From Takakia lepidozioides (taxonomy: Eukaryota > Plantae > Bryophyta): a stretch of 64,000 bases of DNA. The notes under the pieces were generated by a model, which worked only from the letters and a program-made list of their open reading frames with translations, searched no databases and was not told where the DNA came from. The position numbers were made by a program, and so were the translations under genes. Where the stretch lies: contig CM060731.1 in assembly GCA_030704615.1 (NCBI GenBank), positions 44,888,001 to 44,952,000 on the forward strand, read 5' to 3'. Shown here piece by piece: positions 33,225-46,600 of the stretch (position 1 is the first letter of the stretch; each line of letters opens with the position of its first letter).

Positions 33225-33612
33225 TGACCGATCAATGTCACTTTCATTAGCGAAGTCAATATATGGGCCAACCTTGGATACCTGGAGAATGGCAAGCAAG
33301 TCCATCTGATTTCATTTAAAAAGCAGGCATTGCATCATACATCAGACATTATCACCTTTATTCCACTTATCTCTGCTTGTAGTCATGTGGGACTACTGGT
33401 CATGGTAGAGGTTCTTGGCTGCCCGGGGATATTAGATGAGGCAGGCGATTTGATTGCCAAACTGCCAATGGACCCAAGCATATTGGTGTGGGGGGCCTTG
33501 CTTCGTGCCTGCAGACTTCATGGCAAAGTGGGGTTAGCACAACGTTGTGCATAAAGCCTTTCTAGAAAGACATCCTCAGGATTCCACAGCTTACGTGCAC
33601 ACTTCCCAAGTC
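33225..33612 (+). pseudogene. PLS/E-class PPR gene fragment with internal deletions, inside the MULE
   Basis: NVTFIS...ANLGYLENGKQVH; ITFIPLISACSHVGLL; MVEVLGCPGILDEAGDLIAKLPMDPSILVWGALLRACRLHGKVGLA...PQDSTAYV (S2/E1/E2-like motifs). Contains stops and frameshifts. Confidence 0.85.
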
Positions 33613-35649
33613 ATGATTCCTACTTAACACATCAGCATTTTTGCCAACAAAAATCATTGTGTCCCATGAGTAGAAAAGTTGATGCGCCGAGAAGGAATCC
33701 TCTTGTGAGATTGCTGCAGACGAAACCCTGTTGGCCATCATACATGGAAAGGAGCATCGCCCCCTCTCTCATCCAAAGCAACTTCTTCCCTCTTTAAGCC
33801 TTTTACCTTCCTTACGTGATAAGCCGACTGGAATCGACATTTTACATTCATCCACTAGACTACTTTCATCCAGATTTTTATCCTATCACATTCATCCATC
33901 ATTCATCCGCTCACCAATCTTATTGCCAAGCCTTAGTCACACTCCATGAATACTAAGCTCCCATTTTCGGTGGTTAAGCCCGGCGGCAATAGGGCTTCTA
34001 GGAGTTGACGCACCGCGGTAATATGCCCAACCCTAAATTCTAATTCTGAGGAACGTTAGCGGAATTCTGCTCCCAGTATTTTCTGCTCACGGGTTCTGCT
34101 CACGGAATAGCAATCCCCCATTGAAATCGCTCATCGTCCTGCTTCGTCTTTCGTCCGCCAATGTCTGTCTCCAAGCTCACAGGGCTCTCTTCGATGCAGG
34201 TCTCACACCTTCTCTCTCACTGTTACTCTACCATTAAGCATTCCAGACTTTAATCAAATGTGTAATGTTTCTATCTCGCATATTCAGCCGGTCCAAGCTG
34301 CTTCACTCTTCATCGGTATCCTCTAATGACAACTTCTGTTTTTTCGCAGCTTTAGGATCTTATCTGTTCTAGTTTGGAAATCTGCATCGTCAGATTCGTT
34401 CCCTGATTTGGGAGATCGCACCTCGTGAGCTCCTACTTCAATGGCAGCTTAGACCTAGTCTGCAGATAGTAGCACTGTCTTTCTTATCCGGATGGATGGT
34501 TCTCACTTCGTTAAAGCTCCCTGGGTTCGTCCCTCACTACAAGTGTGCATGCTTTATGGCCCCAATGGGGTTTATTTTTTCCCCACTTAATGAAACAATC
34601 GGGTTTCATCCCCTTTATATATATATATAACGCCCCTATAGGTTATTTCATAATTTTATCAAATGTATACATATAAATTATAAAATTATAAAATTAAATC
34701 TTGTTACTTATGTATATTCTATTATATGATATATAAACTGCCCCTACGCCCCCAGGGCTAGTGCAACATACAAAAAAGTTTTATTGCTTAATGACTATCA
34801 AACCCACAAAGCCTTGCTCGAAAGTAAGTACGGCTTACCACTACACTACACCTGCTTCTTGTAATACTAACCCCTAGAATATGTATATAAGTAAAAATAA
34901 ATTAAAAATAAATTTTACAGACAAACCATCGTTCCCTTTCATTAAAACTATAGCCTTGCTCATGAAATTTCATTTTGCATTCAAACCCAAAGCATATCAG
35001 CTTCTCTCTGAAATGTTTCCTTCTACCAGTGTGCAATAAAACCATCTCATGATTTCGTCCTCACATCCCTAGGCCAATCCTCATACCATATGCGTGACCA
35101 CCCTCTTTAATAAACTTCTAGACTGCCTCCTTGTCACCTGGATATGGAAACACTTTGTGTTGATATAATTTGTTCATCTATTTGCATGCTCAAAACAAAG
35201 GCATGTCAGGACCCACTTCATCTAGTTTCTTGTAGAGATCACCAAAAGTGCCCACACAGGGAGCACAAGGGGAAAGAGGCAGATATTGTAGTCAACCTAA
35301 TTCTTGAGAAATTTGGCTCCATCTATGTATGTAATGTATGTTTTTTTGTAGTCTAGTTCATGGCAGCTGTTTAGTCAGTGAACCATGGCTGGTTGCACAG
35401 TGCTCCCCATTGTAGTGTTCTGGGAGGTCCCCCCGATTGTCCTGCCTCATGGCCTCACGAGGTTATTTTTTCCTCGTTCTTAGTTTGATAAACATGGCTC
35501 CATTCCCTTTCTATTTCTAAAAAACATGTATATGTGTATTTCTAAAATACCCCTTCTGTGCACACATGTGGTTGGTATATGATTGGTCAGTGCACCCCCT
35601 AGGTATCCATAAAGTTTATGAATATCCTAGAGTGTATTTAGACAAAGAA

Positions 35650-36023
35650 ATTGTGGATAATGTTTTGGTTTATTTTTTGTGATACTAGAGATTGTTTTAC
35701 CGACAAAACCTACGTCGGGATTGAACATATTTGAATCGAATCACAAATTACTAGTAGATAAGAACAACCGCTTTCTCCTAATTATCGATCAACAGATTTA
35801 AACTCCCCCTTCTCTATGGAAGAGTTGGGCCTTACAATGAATCTTTGAGTACTCCTGCCAAAGCACTTGGTTTAGATGGTATTCCAGTGGATTTTTTCAA
35901 AACCCTACGGCTCAATGGGGTGGGAAATGAATCCTAGAGATAGCAATTGGAATTCTCTTCAAAGGCCATCTTAGCTATTGCAAGGGCTCATCACCTTATT
36001 TACAATGAAGGTGATCAAGATTT
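35650..36023 (+). mobile_element. L1-type LINE ORF2 (RT N-terminal) remnant
   Basis: NSPFSMEEL...KALGLDGIPVDFFK...GLITL/IYNEGDQ, compared with the consensus KAPGPDGIPxEFFK...GxITLIPK. Confidence 0.7.
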
Positions 36024-37329
36024 TACTACAACACACTATGATTATCAGCACTAGTAGAGTTTCACTATTCATGTTTTTTCACACTTTCTTAGCACTACAT
36101 AGTGAAATGTGCTGATAGTAGTGAAAAGAACTTTCACTGCATGTTTGGTCTGACACAATTTAATCATTGACAGTTGTAATTATAAAATAATATATTACAA
36201 TATATATTGCCATTTTTTATGATTAATTGTAAAAAAATTTACCATAACTCGACTGATCGTGGTTCAAAATCAGAATAATGGTAAATTATTTCATTGCCAC
36301 TATCAAATGTTTGCCTATCTGGTTTTCTAGTATCCTAGACATTGACAACTATAATTAAAAATAATATATACATATAGATATCATTAATAATAGTAAAATT
36401 TTTTACTATAACTCGACAAACAATGGCTCAAAACTAGAAAATAGTATTAGACAGTAGCCACAGTTCACTTTGGCTATACCATCTTTGTACGGAATGTCAG
36501 GATTTCCCATGTAGTTTGAGTTACTACAATCCTATTTTCTTACGTTATTGTTTTTTCGCTACGTACAAATTCTCAATATTGGATTCGTTAATTTTTAACA
36601 GCGATATGTGGTTGTTTTGGGGTGATACAGACATTGACAACAATAATGTGAGATATAAGAGGTTATAAAAATTAAAAATTAAAAAAAAAATTGGACCATT
36701 TTTTTCTTTAAAAAAATGTGAGATAATGTATAATAGTACATACATGAAAATATATTTTTGAGTCATTTTCTCATCTATACTCAAATGAGTGACATTCGCT
36801 TATGGAATCTTGTAAATATTTTGTGGCAGTGATGTTGAGTCTTGAATAGGAATTTTCGCCAGGAACAAAATTTCATTGCAAACTATGATTTCATTGGTTA
36901 TTATTATTTCCTTGAGCAATGTGCTTGGGTTGTAATTAAACATAACAAACAATAATTAAAATCTATATTTGACTAGTGATTTGTCAGTAACATTGAAGAT
37001 GACCATAACAATTTTAAAACTCCACCGAATGTGCATAGTGATATACAACAAATAAATTCACATACATTTTTATGGTACTATATTCCATACCTCTTTGCAG
37101 CATGTTCTGAGTGATCCTAGTGCAATTCCACATGCTCCTCTTTAGCCCGCTAGTTTGGATGTCAAACTCCGAGGTTGGGCCTACAGAACCCATTCTCAAA
37201 CTGTAGTCCATTTGGACCATGATGCATTATTCCTGGATCTCACAACATTGAAACACATTCACCAATACCTTCAAGTTCTCATGGACGTGCGCCGTGTGAT
37301 GGATGGGGATTTAACAATGTGTTAATCAT

Positions 37330-38313
37330 GGCATGAAGACAGTGTGGTGGTGGTACCCTCTCAGGAAATTGCTCAAGTGGTTTGGAAGTTGGTGCAATGG
37401 CTGCCACCTTGCCTTTGCAAGCAAATCATCATTGGGAAGGGCATCATTGTGGGACGAAAGAAAGCACTTCCAACACCAATCCTGGAAGACACGAGTTTTT
37501 ACTTGCGGCAGTTCTGGAGTAGCCTTGGCATTATGACTAATGAGAACTCGCAACTTTTTCAGAGATCAGTGCAAGGATTCACATTTCTGATGCTCAATGG
37601 GAAGGAATAATATTGAGTTGGTGATTCCGTGGTTGTTGAGCCTGATGAGGCTTATGAAGGCCACTCATGGACATGGAAGGCAAAGATCAGTGATTAGTGA
37701 ATGACTCGGTGTTGTTTCTCCTATCATGTGCCAAACACTAGCATTGTTGCAGCTCAGACACTAAGATGCAAGTTGGCATTGTGTAGACATGTAAGCATTG
37801 TCTTTCTCTCTACACTGTCGCCCCTATCATCATTTTCCATGTCCATGGGCATTGTTCTGTCCTCCACCACCATTCTGGATGCATTCTACATTTAAGACCC
37901 ACAGGTTTATTCCGTGCTTGGTCCAACCTATTGGAGCTTTGCAGTCCCCATCATCTCCATGATTTCTCGCATTTTACATGCAGCGTTGACACGGATTCTA
38001 TGGTAACAGGAGGGTTTTCTTTCAAGGTGAGTACTGCAATACAGCAATGTCGTCGTCATCATCTACTGTGGCTCTCAAGGACAAACGTACTAGTATGGTT
38101 ATCTTGCAACCATGTCCAGAGAGGTGGCCTGGTAATGACATCAGACCCACGCACCTCCTAATGCACAAATTCATCCCACTCTCTATAGTAGGGAAAAATA
38201 GGGGGCATGTTGTTGCGTATGAGTTGGAGGATATTTCACCTCGGAAGCATCTGTTCCAACCAGGAAATGCCTGGCCACTGTCCTCCTTACCCCGACAAAC
38301 CACATACTTTTGA
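37330..38313 (+). mobile_element. Degenerate coding remnants, probably DNA-transposon derived
   Basis: Protein-like segments GDSVVVEPDEAYEGHSWTWKAKI (BAH-like) and VILQPCPERWPGNDIRPTHLLMHKFIP lie in an AT-rich region preceded by CACTA/TAGTG-rich repeats at 36024-36140. The family is not confidently assigned. Confidence 0.3.
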
Positions 38314-41083
38314 TCTTGAATGGATCCCAAAATAGTACAAGCCTCAAAATTTTGCTTAGCTTTCTAGCTATCATGGTTGTACTTACTCACAAGGGGAAGT
38401 GACTCTAATTTCTACTAGTTTTGGCTGGTTTCTATTGCTGCTAATTTCAAGCTAAACCTCGTTGATTTTAAGTACAAAAGTAGGCAAAGATAGTAACTTA
38501 TAAGTAGCATTATGTATTGATCGTCTACGGATTATTACACATAATTCTAAGGCAATCTACATGCAATATTTTGTTTAACTTTAATCATTTGCATAATGAG
38601 AATTATCAAAATTGTTACAAGGTTTATGAGTCATTGAAGGATACTTGACATTTGAATAACTTACAAATATTTTTCAGGTCATATTTTAAAGTAAGATTCT
38701 ATGTGCTGGCCAGATCTACTCTCTTTGGCATATGAGACACCCCAAGGTCAAATGCATTACAAGAAGGACTACAATCAGGTTGGGAATCCTCCACAACAAC
38801 ACATTTTCTCTTTTCAGGACTAGATCAATTGGAATGTTCATACTTCTCCCTCTCAACTGCAAATTGGTGCTAAGATGGGATGTCAAGGCACTAGTACCTT
38901 CAAATGCAAGAGGGTGCTTGTCACTCAAACATGCAAGCTCAGAATGTATCAGCTAGTTGGGGGCTGGAGAAAGGTCAAGTTCTGGCCATGGGACACCACT
39001 AATTCCATCAACAGTAGGGAGAATTGGCAATGAGATGTCGATGGTGGGTGCACTAGGGGCTGAAATACCGTTGGTTGCCTCAGGTCCTGACTCCACATCA
39101 TTTGCATTTGGTCCAAGGGAAGTTGTGACAAGCGTTGTAAGCGCCTTTGTTTGGCCGCTTGCCTGGCCATCCTCTTCAAGTTCCATTGTCCAGACATAGT
39201 GTGGGTGATCCGGGTAAACAGTTGTGCACAAGAGGCGGTTGACCAGATCACTGAACTCTATGCTAGACCCCTCAACTCTACGAGCTCTCCAACCAAGCCT
39301 CCTAGCAACTTGACGTCCGCCTGAAGTGGTACCTAACCTCACTAGGTGCACGGGACTGAAACTCAAAGGACTTACACCAGGTGGAGGTTGGAGAGATCAC
39401 ACGAAGAATTCCTAGCCTAAGCACACTCTAATGAAAGCCCTATCACTCTCATTACCCCCAATCCTACAGCCCACCCATCAATTAAATATATGCCCACATT
39501 GTACAATGCAGGAGGAGCCTCAAGAGGAACATTAACATGACAAACACGAAGCTCTTTACATTGCACCAACCCAAATACTTTATGATATATAAATTTACCT
39601 TCCTTGCCACACTTCTTCCAACTTTTTTTTTCAATCATCTCAACTTTATTTTTCACTTTACTCAAGACTGCAAAGCGGAAAACAAAAATTCTCTCTTAAA
39701 GAGTTTTGGATCCTTAGATGGAGGTATAATACGTTCAAAATAAGTACCTCAACGCGTAAAAACTTAAGATGAACTACTGTAAGAGAGAGGTGACTCCAGC
39801 CCTAGCTAGCGTCAGAATCACTTCATCTTTTGGCTTTTGCGCCTTTTGGGGGTGGGCCCTATATACAATAAATTGTAAATTGTGAGCATGTTCAAAGATT
39901 GCTACAAAATAACATACTTCCAGTTATATTAATGTGCAATTGATTGGAATAAAACAGAATCATCCCTTCTCATGAATACTCAACTTCATCTTGATATCCA
40001 CATGTCTATTTTAAAATGTATAATTGGACTTTAACATGAAATCTGAAGTTTAAATGAATAAGTGAAATAAATTAATATATTGGAAATGTGTATAAGTATA
40101 TTATTCAAAAATAATTATAATATCATTGTTTTTGTTTTTATTAGGCAATAACATTATACATTGAAATTTTTATGATGACAATTTTCGCATGATGGATCCT
40201 CCTTGGCAATTTTGGAAATTATATCCATACGGAACTACTACATACATATATTGTGGAATATCTATAAAAATACAAAATACGAAAAAGATGAATACATTGA
40301 AACATAATTGTTGTGTTAGATAACTATTGAAAATGCATGCACTATTTAACATGTCAATGTTGAATATAATTAACATTGCGAAGATACCGAAAACCATGTC
40401 TTGGACATTTATATTTATTAAACAAAAGTGCTCATGTTAAAAGGATATACACCACATGTTCAATCAAGGTATGTATAATCAATTGGAGCTGAGAGAAGAA
40501 AGAAAGAATGTTACCGATTCAATAAGAGAGTATACCTCATGCACCATCATGTTAAACAAAGAAGAAAAATGTTGACTCTCGCTGATGCAAAAGTAACGTA
40601 TATGGTGTCATCCGTTTAGAAAGTGGAAACTGTCAAACAACCATAATTGGGGCAAAGTAATTGCCCAAATCTCTCCCAATGACTCAAAAGTCCATACGTC
40701 CCCACATATTATGTGTCTAGTTGAAAACAATGAGTCCACTTTTATAGTTGGGTTGGCTATCATGGGTGACATTCGATACACAAATTTGTGGCTTTTAACC
40801 CCATAAGGCGGTCTTGATGTATAATCACAACATATTGGATGTTCATTGTTTAGACGATGTAATATGATGTCTTTATATTGTAAAACTATTTGATAAAAAA
40901 ATGTTGTGTTTGATGGTTTTTTGTTGTTATAACTAACTTTATGGTAGTTGTTTATTATCTTGCTCCATTTTCTTTCTCTCGCTAAAGTTTCTTTATGTCT
41001 GTGTTGCTTTCTTGATATTTGATGACAACAAAAACATGAGTCCTAACGACAAACATTGAGGTTTTTACAATTTTCATTCCATT

Positions 41084-41503
41084 ATGGTAAAAAACAAAGG
41101 GACCTCAATGCAGGTTCCAATTTTCTACCATGACCCAAAGGTGTGGTGCACGGGGACATTGATGGTGTATTTCTTCAGTCTTTCCGGGGGAATGTACAAC
41201 ATCATTCGAGACATTCCTTTTATATTCAAAGATCCGAATGACCCTTCAAAGTCTATATATTTCTTTCCTAGTTCAGAAGTACAAGTGGGAGTAGAGGGCT
41301 TTTTGGTTGGATTTTTTTATGTTATAGTGGGACTAATACTCAGTTTTATCACGCACTCTATACCAACAATCAGATCAAAAAATGCACAACGCATCTTCAT
41401 GCTCTTGTCGTTAACCATCGGATTTTGCGTTGTTAAAATGGTCATAATGCTGGACAATTGGAAAAAAGGATATAGCAATTATGCGTTCTGGCCTAACATA
41501 TAG
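41084..41503 (+). pseudogene. C-terminal half of oligosaccharyltransferase subunit OST3/OST6 (open 139-codon ORF, no N-terminal domain)
   Basis: YFFSLSGGMYNIIRDIP...DPNDPSK...QVGVEGFLVGFFY...AQRIFML...VIMLDNWKKGY matches the plant OST3/6 transmembrane region. The thioredoxin-like luminal half is not seen upstream. Confidence 0.8.
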
Positions 41504-43186
41504 AATTGTTATACTTTTGACGCAGTGAGTCACAACGAGAGACGAAGTAATATGAGTTGAAATACGATGACCTAGGTGCAGGGCATAAATGCCCAATATT
41601 GTTTTATCCATTTAATGTAAACTAAATTGCCTTGCACTCGTCCTGGAACGTAAGTGATAGGTAGATATTGTACAATATTGTGAGTTGGGGGTAACGATTG
41701 GTGTTCATGGCCAAGATAGCAAGGATAGTACAAATGAATTTGCAAGTATTTTGCATTGATTTTGAATAAGGAAAACCATCTTTTTCAATATTTGAATATT
41801 AACATTATTTTATATTTTTTGTGACACTGACATGAAATCTTCTTCTTCTTAATTGGAAAATCAAGTCCTACACTCCTTGAGCGTCTAATGTACATGTGGA
41901 CTTGGAGGTGCAATCTTATTACCATCTATTTGCAAAACATCTCACACATGGATATCTAACAAAGAGGTGATAATATGCTCTCTACAAAAATAAATTATTC
42001 TATCTCAAATGTAGCTGCTACTTGCTAGAAACAAAAATATGAGATAAATATGTCACCTTCCTCTATCGAATTATCTGGATCCTTATTTGATTGGTTGGAA
42101 TAGGGAAGATAATTTATCTTGAGCTATTTGGAACTTATCTTGTAGTAAATAAAGCTTTATTTGGTGCATTTAACACTGATCACTTGGGGACAAATTAATG
42201 AAGAGAGGAGGAGAAGATTGTTAACATTTGTCAGTGTAAGCTATTAGCCTAGAGTAAAACATTTCTTAACATTTATAGCAGTTTAACACTTGTAATTTAA
42301 ATTACATTTATCCACAGTGGACTATATGTTAACCCCTAAATTGCCGGATCAACCAGAAACGGGGTTGCATTTTCGTAAAAAAGAAGTCGTATATCTTTTT
42401 GAATTCATATTTGATTGACATTAGTAAAGAGCTAATTGTAGCCCCCTACTACGACTTTCCAATCGCACCTACCCGAGGCTGATTGATGGAGATGGCAGAA
42501 AATTATGGCGATGATCTATTGGCCCAAATCGTTAATTGCGGGCAGAATCATCGTTCCTAGATATGCTTGACGGCCACTCAAATCTTGGGCAGCGGCGCTG
42601 GCACGTCGCTTTGCTATGAATGTAGGTCAATAAAGGGCTACCTACTGCCCTTTGTGGGGGGGGTGAACACCATAACTTCCCATGATGGCCCATGGGATAC
42701 ACCCTAAGGGCAATGCAGAATTAGAGGTCTAGCAAGGGAAATCCACATTTGAGGGAGTTTCAATGGTGGATTTCATCATAAATTCAAGATGATCTTTGTA
42801 GCTTGATTCGCAACATTGGGACCAGAAAACACATCCAAGTTTTCTCCCAAATCCGAAAAGGTAGCAAAATAGGAGCAAAATACAGAAAATGCAATATGTT
42901 AGATCTTTCCCTCATACATAGTACACTAGCTTCCACACCTGCTACTGCACTTTCTTACAACAACATTGAAACTCACTCATTCCTTATACTCTAGCCTTCT
43001 CACATGCCCCCATGCATAGCTAGTCTAGCCCATTCAACTCCCAAGACAATTTAAAGTTTTTGGTTCCTTAGGGCCGGCCGGCCAACTGTAATTTCAATGG
43101 CATCCTCCACAAGGTGGCACCACCGTGCATGAAAGCCCTCCATGGGTCCCATGCACTCCATGGGTCCCGCATTGCAGTTGCCTCCT

Positions 43187-43666
43187 TGTAAGATGGAGTA
43201 TTCCACCTGCTGCAGATGCTCTTCTGTTCGTTGGCTGGATGAAAAGCAGGGTGGTTGGTGAAGATAATTAAATGAGCCTAATGTTAGCCTAGGCCTTGTC
43301 TCATTCCAACAGTAACCTAATCAAACAGGGTGGCTGCTGATGTGTGAAAGAAACTTAAGGAAATCCTGGCAGCCAATAAGAGGCCACCATTTGCCATTCT
43401 AGATTAGCCCTTTTCTTAATATAAAAAGCGGGTGGCTTATGCCAAACGCAGGATGTTTTTGGGTGATCAGCACTGTGTACTTGGATGTGCCAGGTAGTTG
43501 GATGATTTGCACTTGATACCCCTGCATGTGATTAGATTGGCCCACCTGTGAGAGTCCTCTAGCGAGAGATCCTTCCCATCTAGCTTGGCATGCTTTATTG
43601 GCTATTTCCCCGCTTGAGCGCCCAAACACACAGAGGAAAAGGGTATATTCCCCGGGTAGAGAAATT
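43187..43666 (+). repeat. 5' LTR
   Basis: Begins TGTAAG and is a direct repeat of 49166-49646. It lacks the final GGTCTAACA seen in the 3' copy. Confidence 0.92.
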
Positions 43667-46600
43667 TGGTGGAGATGGGGGGCACTTTAATTTGACGGCT
43701 CGGGTGTGCTAAGAATGATAACCTAGGTTCGGTCTAGCTATGGTGCAACAACGGCTGTACGGGAGATCTAGGAAAATGGCGGCTCAATCCACCCTGCACA
43801 ATCATTTGCTCCACCCTGTGTATGTTGTTGCTGCTAGTGTTGTCTCTTCCTGCCTTGTGAGTGAACACTGTGTACGCAGCGGCCATGGCATCCAGCTCGA
43901 GTAATGCTGCTTCCTTTGAAGTTGAGGACGACTCGTTTGAAGCTGTTTTTCTGGGGGTTGTATGTGACCTGGCGTCGCCTGATGTGCTGAGGCCTTACGA
44001 CGGAGAGCCACCTGTGAGAAGGGATGCAGAGATCCCGCTTGATTTTCTTTCTGATTACTGGATAGAGAAGTTTGAGCAAACTGTTGTTGATGAAGCTCGC
44101 AAAGACACGCATTCTGAAGGTGAGAAGCGCGAGCAGCGTCGCAAGATCACTGAAGCCAAGCAGGGTGCTTTTGCTGGCAGATTGCTGCAGAGGCTGCATA
44201 CGAGAGAGATAGCCAAGCGCTTACCTCGCGTAGTCATCCGTGAGCGACTTGGACAGGGTAAGCTGCTTACTTGGCGTTCCCAAGTTTGTTGTCACCCGAG
44301 ATTGCACCAACAATCTTGAGAGCTTCCTACACCCCAAGGTTCCCAGTGGCTACCGATTTTGGGAGCTCGTTCGTGGAGGCAGTGCGGCGGCATTGACGAA
44401 CATTCGCCCTGCTTGGACTGCTGACTAGCCGGCTGACAACTTTTCGTGGGAACAATATGTTACGGGTGTTCCGCAACAATTGTTTTGTTTCTCTTCTCGG
44501 GACATTGTAATCTTCCCTGGTGAAAGCTTTGATCAAGAAACCATTGGGCTTTGCCAAGTACAGATTCCCACTGAGAAATATCCTTTACACTCGTTGGTGA
44601 TCAAGGAGAAAGTGGTGCGTACGGTGACCCGCGTTGCATTCTGGTTAACGGTAGCCCCAACACTCTGGCATTTACAGGGAGAGGCAGTCTATCTCAGTTA
44701 CAACCACCGCTTCATTTCTTCCTACACTGTCACGGATTGGGAGAAGAGCATGTTGCATCCTAGTGACAGGTGATTCTCCCTAGACGATTTTTGTTGCTAT
44801 ACTGAATGCTCACAAGAGCTAAATCTAAACTTTTAGAGAATCAAGCCAGTAAAATGGGAGAGGCAAAGGATGCTTGTGAACGAATTTTTGAAGCCACTGA
44901 GACTAGTACTGAGTTCAAGACTGCCGGGTCCTGAAACTCAGCCAAGTGTGGCTGCCCCATCTCATGTTGAACAGCAAATAGGTGAACCAGAGCTTGATGA
45001 CTTGTGCCATGCAATGCGCCTTATTTCTGACTGTCCTGCTTTGTTGGAATTGCTCCTTGCTAAGCGTGCTCAGAATGTAGTTGTGCCTTCAAGATCCCAT
45101 GAGACCCGCATGACGAAGCAACCTTATCTGGAGTACAAGGTGGGGCAAAACTTTGATAATTTTCTCACCTTTTTTGAGATGAGTGTGAAGATGAATGCAG
45201 TCCCACCTACTTTTGTCACAAATGCATTTCGTTTTTGTCTCAAGGGAGAGGCCTAGGAACTCTTCGAAGCCACTATCAAAGATCTGGGGGATGTGCCATG
45301 GTCTGAAGCTAAAGGTTTGGCTGAACAATTATTTCACGAAGAGAAATTGTCTGATTACTGTGTACCTGAGAGACGATACTAGGAGGGAGAAAGTATACAT
45401 AAGTACTATATTGATATACGTACAGCTGTGTATAAGACTATTCCTGTTCTCTCGGAAAGGCCATTGGCCATCAAGCTTGGCTTCATCCGAGGCCTGCCTC
45501 CTGCAGAGCAAGTATATCTACAACGAAACAAGTACTCCACCGGAAAAAAAAATGGTTCGGTTAATTGAAGAACGTTTGCGCACTAAAGCAGCTAAACGGG
45601 GAGTTGTACCCAAAATTCAACCTACCCATATGATGAGTGATGTATCCGAACTGGTGATGAGCTCTAACAAGGGAGAAGCCCTAGAGCTTCTTCCTACAGT
45701 GGTATGAGATGTGCAGGAAACAGTTCGACTTGAATTACAGGCCTTTAAGGCTAAGGCTCGCTGGCAAGCCCCATCAAATTTCAACCAGAGTGGTGGCAAC
45801 AGGGGACGCACTAACACTGGTGCTGGCTATCAAAATCCTGCAGCCTGTTATATTTGCAAAGGCAAGGATCATGTTACCAGATTTTGCCTTACCAAGCTGA
45901 TCTACCAGGTATGATTGAAAATTTTGAAAGGGCAAAAGATTAGAAGGGTAAGGCTCGTTTAAACGAATAGGGTCACTTGCTTCTGAAGGGACAGGTGATC
46001 GTAGAGTTAAACCTTCAGAACCCCTAACTACTGTTCATGTTTCTAACACATTCAGGTTGCTACATACTGAAGTGCTTAAACCCCGGAAGAAGCTACGTAT
46101 ATGCCCACTACTTACTCAATGTCATGTAGGCCATTTGTCTTTTTCTTGCATAGTTGACACTGGGTGCACGGTTTCTGCTGTTCCATTACATGTGGTTCAG
46201 GTGTTGGGTTTGAAACTGGTACCTGCCAAAGGGCTGGAGGTTATTATAGCTGATGGCACCAAGTATGAGCCTTTAGGACTTGTAACCTTGCCCATTGGTA
46301 TAGCTGGATAGGTGGTCACAGTGACTGGTATCGTCACTATGGGAGAACAATTTCTGATTGGCTTGGATTGGATGAGGGAAGCCAGGGCAAAAATCAACTT
46401 ACACACTAATGTCATGACCTTGAGCAATGGCAATGGTACCAGACACACTGTCAATCTGAACTCTGTTCCTATCATGGCTGGAAGTTCCACTCGACATCTT
46501 ATTCAGATGAAGGCGGTTGCTCAAGAGGTTCGCCAAAAAGCTGGTAATTCATACAACTGGACCAGATTCTTTAATTTCAATAGTGACTCAACCACTACCC

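Larger units (their letters stand above)
31294..34118. mobile_element. Non-autonomous Mutator-like element carrying a PPR gene fragment (Pack-MULE), 2825 bp
   Basis: 9-bp TSD CATTGAAAT at 31285-31293 and 34119-34127. G...C termini. The TIR core GTGAGCAGAACCCGTGAGCA is inverted at both ends in register with the TSD. A further inverted motif, CCCTATTGCCG, lies ~135 bp in from each end. No transposase ORF is present. Confidence 0.88.

Noticed and set aside
36024-36140. Left end of a complete CACTA element
   Set aside because: CACTA/TAGTG-rich repeats are present, but no matching right TIR or 3-bp TSD could be found in the window.
38953-39366. 137-aa ORF as a host gene
   Set aside because: No recognisable motif, non-ATG start, and embedded in decayed TE sequence.
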